DNA of 20,000 bases from an uncultured virus (IMG/VR IMGVR_UViG_3300008267_000234) (taxonomy: Duplodnaviria; Heunggongvirae; Uroviricota; Caudoviricetes), in the IMG/VR virus record IMGVR_UViG_3300008267_000234, one strand, 5' to 3'. The notes beneath the pieces were generated by a model. That model searched no databases. It had not been told where the DNA came from and saw nothing but the letters and a program-made list of their open reading frames with translations. Both the position numbers and the translations under genes were made by a program. Shown here piece by piece: positions 16,200 to 20,000 of this stretch (position 1 is the first letter of the stretch; the number at the start of each line of letters is the position of its first letter).

Positions 16200-16816
16200 C
16201 AGTATCCAAAGGCGGCGATAGTTCTCTCGAAAGGCTTACCGGGTAGGCTCTTTACCAGTTCCAGCATCTGCTCGGCAAGCTCCCGGATCTCCCGCTGGGC
16301 GTTCGGCTTCATACGGAGACCTAGGAAATGAGCGAAACTCCTGAAGTTGAACGAGACATCCAGCGTGATCTGGTTGCTGTATCCCAAGAAAAACCGCGAC
16401 GACTCTTTCGCTCTCGCTCGTCCAAGGATCGGAGTCAGCTCTTTCAGCGCATCCTTATATTCTTGGACGCAATTCTCATGGTGACGACGCAGGCGTTCTT
16501 GCAGTAGCTCCGGCCAATCGCTCGGGATCAACGCAGTCGGAGCGCCAAGCTCTTTGTAGCGGGCGGATTCCCCGTTCGCACCAGTTCCCGCACGGTGCTT
16601 CAATATATGTATGTGAGTAGCCGTATCCACACGCACAAGAAAGTGCAACATACTTCTCTCGTAGGGCGAGTGATGTCCGGCAGTTGCCAGCATCTTCAGT
16701 AGATCACCGATCCGCGCACGCTTACCCTCGTCAATGTCCCGGCTGGTAGATGTCCATGCCGCCAGTGCATGAGTCTCGTCGCCACCGTAGTATCCAATCA
16801 ATTCAACCGTATTCAT
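16199..16816 (-). CDS. thyX: FAD-dependent thymidylate synthase
   Basis: GHHSPYE; KHR-x8-SARY ThyX motif variant; NFRSFAHFLGLR...AQREIRELA. Confidence 0.95.
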   Translation of the reverse strand: MNTVELIGYYGGDETHALAAWTSTSRDIDEGKRARIGDLLKMLATAGHHSPYERSMLHFLVRVDTATHIHILKHRAGTGANGESARYKELGAPTALIPSDWPELLQERLRRHHENCVQEYKDALKELTPILGRARAKESSRFFLGYSNQITLDVSFNFRSFAHFLGLRMKPNAQREIRELAEQMLELVKSLPGKPFERTIAAFGY

Positions 16817-17025
16817 TATTCGTTTTTGATAAAGGCTATCCCGCCGCAGTTCGCGCAGTCGTCCCGGAAAAACTCCCCTTGGAAGTCAGGTCCGACTTCG
16901 TATCCGTTTTCATCATAGCGAAGATACTCAATCCCGTCGTCATCACAAAGCGGACACTTCCGGTACGTCGTCTTCCCTGTGATGATATTGCGGATCTCTT
17001 CTGCGGTGAGTTCGATGTACTTCAT
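16816..17025 (-). CDS. Small zinc-finger protein (CxxC...CxxC)
   Basis: CPLCDDDG...CANCGG; overlaps both neighbours. Confidence 0.8.
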   Translation of the reverse strand: MKYIELTAEEIRNIITGKTTYRKCPLCDDDGIEYLRYDENGYEVGPDFQGEFFRDDCANCGGIAFIKNE

Positions 17026-17174
17026 ACGTCCAGTGCTTCGATGATCTTGTCGGCTTCATCCTCGGTCCATGCGGTGCCAATCAGTTCATCCACCATGTCT
17101 TCAACGGTGACTTCGACGATCTTTGATACGACGAGCAGGGCATCTGCGATTTTCTGTGCTTGTGCTTTTTTCAT
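17022..17174 (-). CDS. Small acidic hypothetical protein (50 aa, not in ORF track)
   Basis: MKKAQAQKIADALLVVSKIVEVTVEDMVDELIGTAWTEDEADKIIEALDV; ATGA overlap with the downstream gene. Confidence 0.7.
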   Translation of the reverse strand: MKKAQAQKIADALLVVSKIVEVTVEDMVDELIGTAWTEDEADKIIEALDV

Positions 17175-17703
17175 TGTTTATGTGTTTTGTTCTACCAAAA
17201 TGTGCGATCAAGGCGGCATCAATTAGACCATCATGCGGCTCATCTGACTTGGAATTCAACCTTGGGAACACGTAGTCCGGCCAAAGTTCCGCTGCCAGTT
17301 TTGCAGCCCGAGGCTTAGTCTCGCCCTCTTTGAAGTTCCCAAGCAAGGCTCTCTGCCAGCCATCCAATCGGTTCCCGCATTTAATGGGATGGACGTTCTT
17401 CTTCCCGAAACCAAGGTAAAGAACGCAGTACAGAATCCCGAACGTCGTTGCGTAAGACCTCATCGTGTTCAGGCTATTCATGTGGTCCGGCACATCCTCA
17501 AGCCCAACCCATGCTTCATGCGTTGAAAGGATGTGGCTTTCACAGATAACCCGTGTCAACTCATGCGGGCAGATGGCATTCCTTCCCGCGATCTTGTTCC
17601 GCGCAAACGTGTGCGCCTCCAGAATCTCACCAGTGCTTTCAGCAATAGCAACCAGACCTCCGTCCAGCCCACCGTCAACTCCGATGTAGATTCTTGGTAT
17701 CAT
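17101..17703 (-). CDS. RuvC-like Holliday junction resolvase
   Basis: IYIGVDGGLDGGL (catalytic D), VGLED, DGLIDAALIA; RNase H-fold resolvase pattern. Confidence 0.87.
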   Translation of the reverse strand: MIPRIYIGVDGGLDGGLVAIAESTGEILEAHTFARNKIAGRNAICPHELTRVICESHILSTHEAWVGLEDVPDHMNSLNTMRSYATTFGILYCVLYLGFGKKNVHPIKCGNRLDGWQRALLGNFKEGETKPRAAKLAAELWPDYVFPRLNSKSDEPHDGLIDAALIAHFGRTKHINNEKSTSTENRRCPARRIKDRRSHR

Positions 17704-17993
17704 TCAGGCAGGACTTCAACCCATTCCGTGACAGTGTAGCCAGCCGCTTTCCATTTTTTCGCCGTATCAGATGAATCCGTTTCCGCCTTCGTGTATTCAA
17801 CTTGCCACATCCGCCGCGGCTCCGGCTTGACTCGCCAGCGGGTGAGGTCGCTTTGCATGTCGGGACCTGATGTCGATCCGTTGTCAACCCAGCCGACTAC
17901 TTTGGTGTCGTACTCAAGGATTTTCCCGTTCGCCTTGGCGACGTAGAGCGCCGCGAGTTCGGATGCTTTGGTTCTGATTTCTTCTGAATTCAT
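17700..17993 (-). CDS. Hypothetical phage protein
   Basis: AKANGKILEY...W...P......WRVKPEPR pattern seen in small phage proteins; ATGA overlaps. Confidence 0.78.
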   Translation of the reverse strand: MNSEEIRTKASELAALYVAKANGKILEYDTKVVGWVDNGSTSGPDMQSDLTRWRVKPEPRRMWQVEYTKAETDSSDTAKKWKAAGYTVTEWVEVLPE

Positions 17994-18877
17994 TTGTTCG
18001 ATTTGTAGTATGGTTGGTTCTCAATCGCAAGCACCGCATCCACGTATTCGCCACCGAATGTTCTCAGTGCCGCTTCAAATCTGGCAGCGATAGCCCAAGC
18101 GTTGTACCTTTTGCTCTCATTCTTAGTGCCTGGTTTCTTACTCTTGGCGCATTCTGACCTGCAATGCTTCGTAGTCGGTGAGTTCCGAAAGACGTATGCG
18201 TTGTCCGGCCTGACCTTCTTCGCCCTCGCCACACGCAGGATTTCGCTGGAGTCCTGGGTGAGATTATCCTTCCAGAGACCGTCCGTTTTGTCGATCCGAT
18301 ACACCTGCTTCTCGGGCCACTCTCCGTAATGCCAGAGCCATGCCAGTTTCAGATATGCAACGCGCCGCCGCTTATGATCCTCGTCATAGTAGTACAGGTA
18401 TCGGTCCTTGACCTTGGCGTTGATGAAACTCCCGGCGACCGCTCCCTTTTTGCACCCACAGAAGTCGATCTTCCAGTGAAACGTGTTGCTGCCAGCATCC
18501 AGCGTGAGCCAGTCCCTGATCTTCCGCTTCAGACTATCCTTGGTGATCGTTTCCCAGCCCGCAGCCAGTCGGCGCTCAACCTTACGGATGCGGACGGGCT
18601 TCGGCTTCGGGAAGATGTTCTTCAGGCGAATGTTGCGTTTATTCCCATCCTTATACGCCATCTCCCATTCCGGGAGAACGCCATGCTTCCAGTACCAGAC
18701 AACGGCTGCGGCTTGCAGAGTCTTCCCGGCGAGCGGGATCGTCTGTTCGCCATACTTATCAATCGAACCAGCCAGCGTGCCAGACATGTGACTTGGCGTG
18801 CTGGATCGCCAATAAAACTTCTTCTGCTCCTTGTTGTAGCGGAGGTGTTTAAGGATGTACTCCTTGGTCAGTTTCAT
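17990..18877 (-). CDS. Tandem degenerate HNH-family protein
   Basis: Two repeats of L.Y/L.....FxW...G..AGS...W.WHxG..P; the HNH cores read MAYKDGNKRNIRLKNI and VYRIDKTDGLWKDNL, with no catalytic His. Confidence 0.75.
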   Translation of the reverse strand: MKLTKEYILKHLRYNKEQKKFYWRSSTPSHMSGTLAGSIDKYGEQTIPLAGKTLQAAAVVWYWKHGVLPEWEMAYKDGNKRNIRLKNIFPKPKPVRIRKVERRLAAGWETITKDSLKRKIRDWLTLDAGSNTFHWKIDFCGCKKGAVAGSFINAKVKDRYLYYYDEDHKRRRVAYLKLAWLWHYGEWPEKQVYRIDKTDGLWKDNLTQDSSEILRVARAKKVRPDNAYVFRNSPTTKHCRSECAKSKKPGTKNESKRYNAWAIAARFEAALRTFGGEYVDAVLAIENQPYYKSNK

Positions 18878-19067
18878 CTGCAAAAAGGGATGGGTGTTCC
18901 TTTAGTTCCTGTTCCTTGTTGTACGCATCACAGAGCCGGATGGCTTCGTTTAGTAGGTTCTTGAATCCATGTGCGCCACCAGCAGTCAGGATAGCGTGCT
19001 GGACGCAGATCCGTGCTGATTTACCTTCCAGCCAGACTTCGATATGATTTCCGATTCGCCTTGTCAT
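18849..19067 (-). CDS. Hypothetical protein
   Basis: MTRRIGNH start forms an ATGA overlap with the nuclease stop at 19064. Confidence 0.6.
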   Translation of the reverse strand: MTRRIGNHIEVWLEGKSARICVQHAILTAGGAHGFKNLLNEAIRLCDAYNKEQELKEHPSLFADETDQGVHP

Positions 19068-19855
19068 GCCCATTTCGGCCACTCAAGGCATTGGATTTCT
19101 TCTGGGTAGCCTGCCCAGATCCCGCTTTCGCAGCACTCCCGGTAGCGATCCACCGCCAAGTCCATCATCGCTTGCCCATTACTCCACGCTTCTTCCGGCA
19201 GCGAGTAGATGGCAACTGGGTGCGGCGGTTTCGACTCGACAACGCCAAACAGGAAGTTTGGGCGCTCAGTTAACCCTTCAGCCAAGGCGGCGACGTTACT
19301 GTACCAAGCAGCCTGCATGTGGTAAAGCATGTCGATCATCTTCCGCGCCCACTTCTTCGCGGAGGCATTGTCCGTCGTCTTGAGATCCGCGATGAAGCGA
19401 TTCCCTTGGGTGTCCAGCCCACTCATGTCCAGCAGTGCCTTGAGTTGCACGCCCCGGTACTCAGCGAACACAGGCTTCTCCCGATCAGGACACAGGCCCA
19501 TGATTGTCGAGAAGAGACTGTGTGACTCCAGTGCATTCCGCATACCCATGGTCGCGGCGTACTCATCGGCGCTGAAGACAGGTTCAGTCTGCTCTGCAAT
19601 CCATGCTTTGCACCACTTCTTCGCACCGTGCCAAGTGTCTGACGGATCGTCTGGGAGATGCGCTGGCTTGATGACTCCGCGAATTGGCAAGCTTTGGAGC
19701 ATGTCATGGACGGCAGTACCCATCCGCATTGCGACTGTTTCTTCGATGCCGCCACCGTCAACATACTCCCGGAAGTGCGCCGGAGTCATCGTTGCGAGAA
19801 TCTTGGCTGCACTGAAATTAAGGGCAGGGTGCGCCCGGTATTCTTCGATGGTCAT
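19064..19855 (-). CDS. PD-(D/E)xK exonuclease, RecE/ExoVIII (DUF3799)-like
   Basis: EYRAHPALNFS, MRMGTAVH, KALLD...IADLKTT, YHMQAAWY, VESKPPH, C.ESGIW.GY. Confidence 0.9.
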   Translation of the reverse strand: MTIEEYRAHPALNFSAAKILATMTPAHFREYVDGGGIEETVAMRMGTAVHDMLQSLPIRGVIKPAHLPDDPSDTWHGAKKWCKAWIAEQTEPVFSADEYAATMGMRNALESHSLFSTIMGLCPDREKPVFAEYRGVQLKALLDMSGLDTQGNRFIADLKTTDNASAKKWARKMIDMLYHMQAAWYSNVAALAEGLTERPNFLFGVVESKPPHPVAIYSLPEEAWSNGQAMMDLAVDRYRECCESGIWAGYPEEIQCLEWPKWA

Positions 19856-19962
19856 GCGATCCTCTCTTCTGCTTTGGCGATGGCGTCGCGGCCTAGATCG
19901 CCAAGCCTCATTGCAATTGCTCTTAGGCTTCTGGCTTTTCTGGCTTCTGGGGTCAGGTTCAT
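19852..19962 (-). CDS. Small hypothetical protein (36 aa)
   Basis: MNLTPEARKARSLRAIAMRLGDLGRDAIAKAEERIA; AAGGA SD upstream; ATGA overlap with the nuclease start. Confidence 0.6.
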   Translation of the reverse strand: MNLTPEARKARSLRAIAMRLGDLGRDAIAKAEERIA

Positions 19963-20000
19963 TTTATATCCTTTTTTATAATCTCGGTTTGCGTTTGAAA

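Larger units (their letters stand above)
1..20000. mobile_element. Bacteriophage/prophage genome segment (late giant-protein region converging on replication/recombination operon)
   Basis: Dense ATGA/TAATG-overlapped small ORFs; phage-type gene set (RecE-like, RuvC-like, ThyX, O-like initiator plus DnaB, HNH-AP2, MazG-like, polyvalent protein); no host housekeeping operons. Confidence 0.93.

Noticed and set aside
17101..17703. RuvC-like ORF as a TnpB/Cas12-type RNA-guided nuclease
   Set aside because: Only ~200 aa with a simple resolvase layout, and no REC/WED, zinc-finger insertion or adjacent guide/array.

Overview
Segment of a tailed dsDNA bacteriophage or prophage genome with two convergent transcription units. 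The + strand (1-9457) holds the 3' ~7.5 kb of a giant polyvalent, probably virion-delivered protein (HExxH zincin, two clear ART-PolyVal-type ADP-ribosyltransferase domains, one divergent ART-like domain, arranged as cassettes closed by a repeated 'DP..D.AGN.IPLSQRF...SRARG' linker). Small genes follow it: a lipoprotein, a membrane coiled-coil protein, a MazG-like pyrophosphohydrolase and a Pro-rich AT-hook protein. The - strand (10059-19962) is a tightly coupled replication/recombination operon: RecE/ExoVIII-like nuclease, RuvC-like resolvase, ThyX, HTH replication initiator with internal iterons, DnaB helicase, one intact HNH-AP2 endonuclease, two catalytically degenerate tandem-HNH proteins, an HTH regulator, a DUF3127-like gene broken by an internal deletion, and a DUF3310-like protein. 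Between the two inward-facing terminators is a ~410-bp, apparently non-coding, hairpin-rich segment that is a candidate structured RNA. All family calls are from motif recognition by eye; no database searches or folding programs were run.
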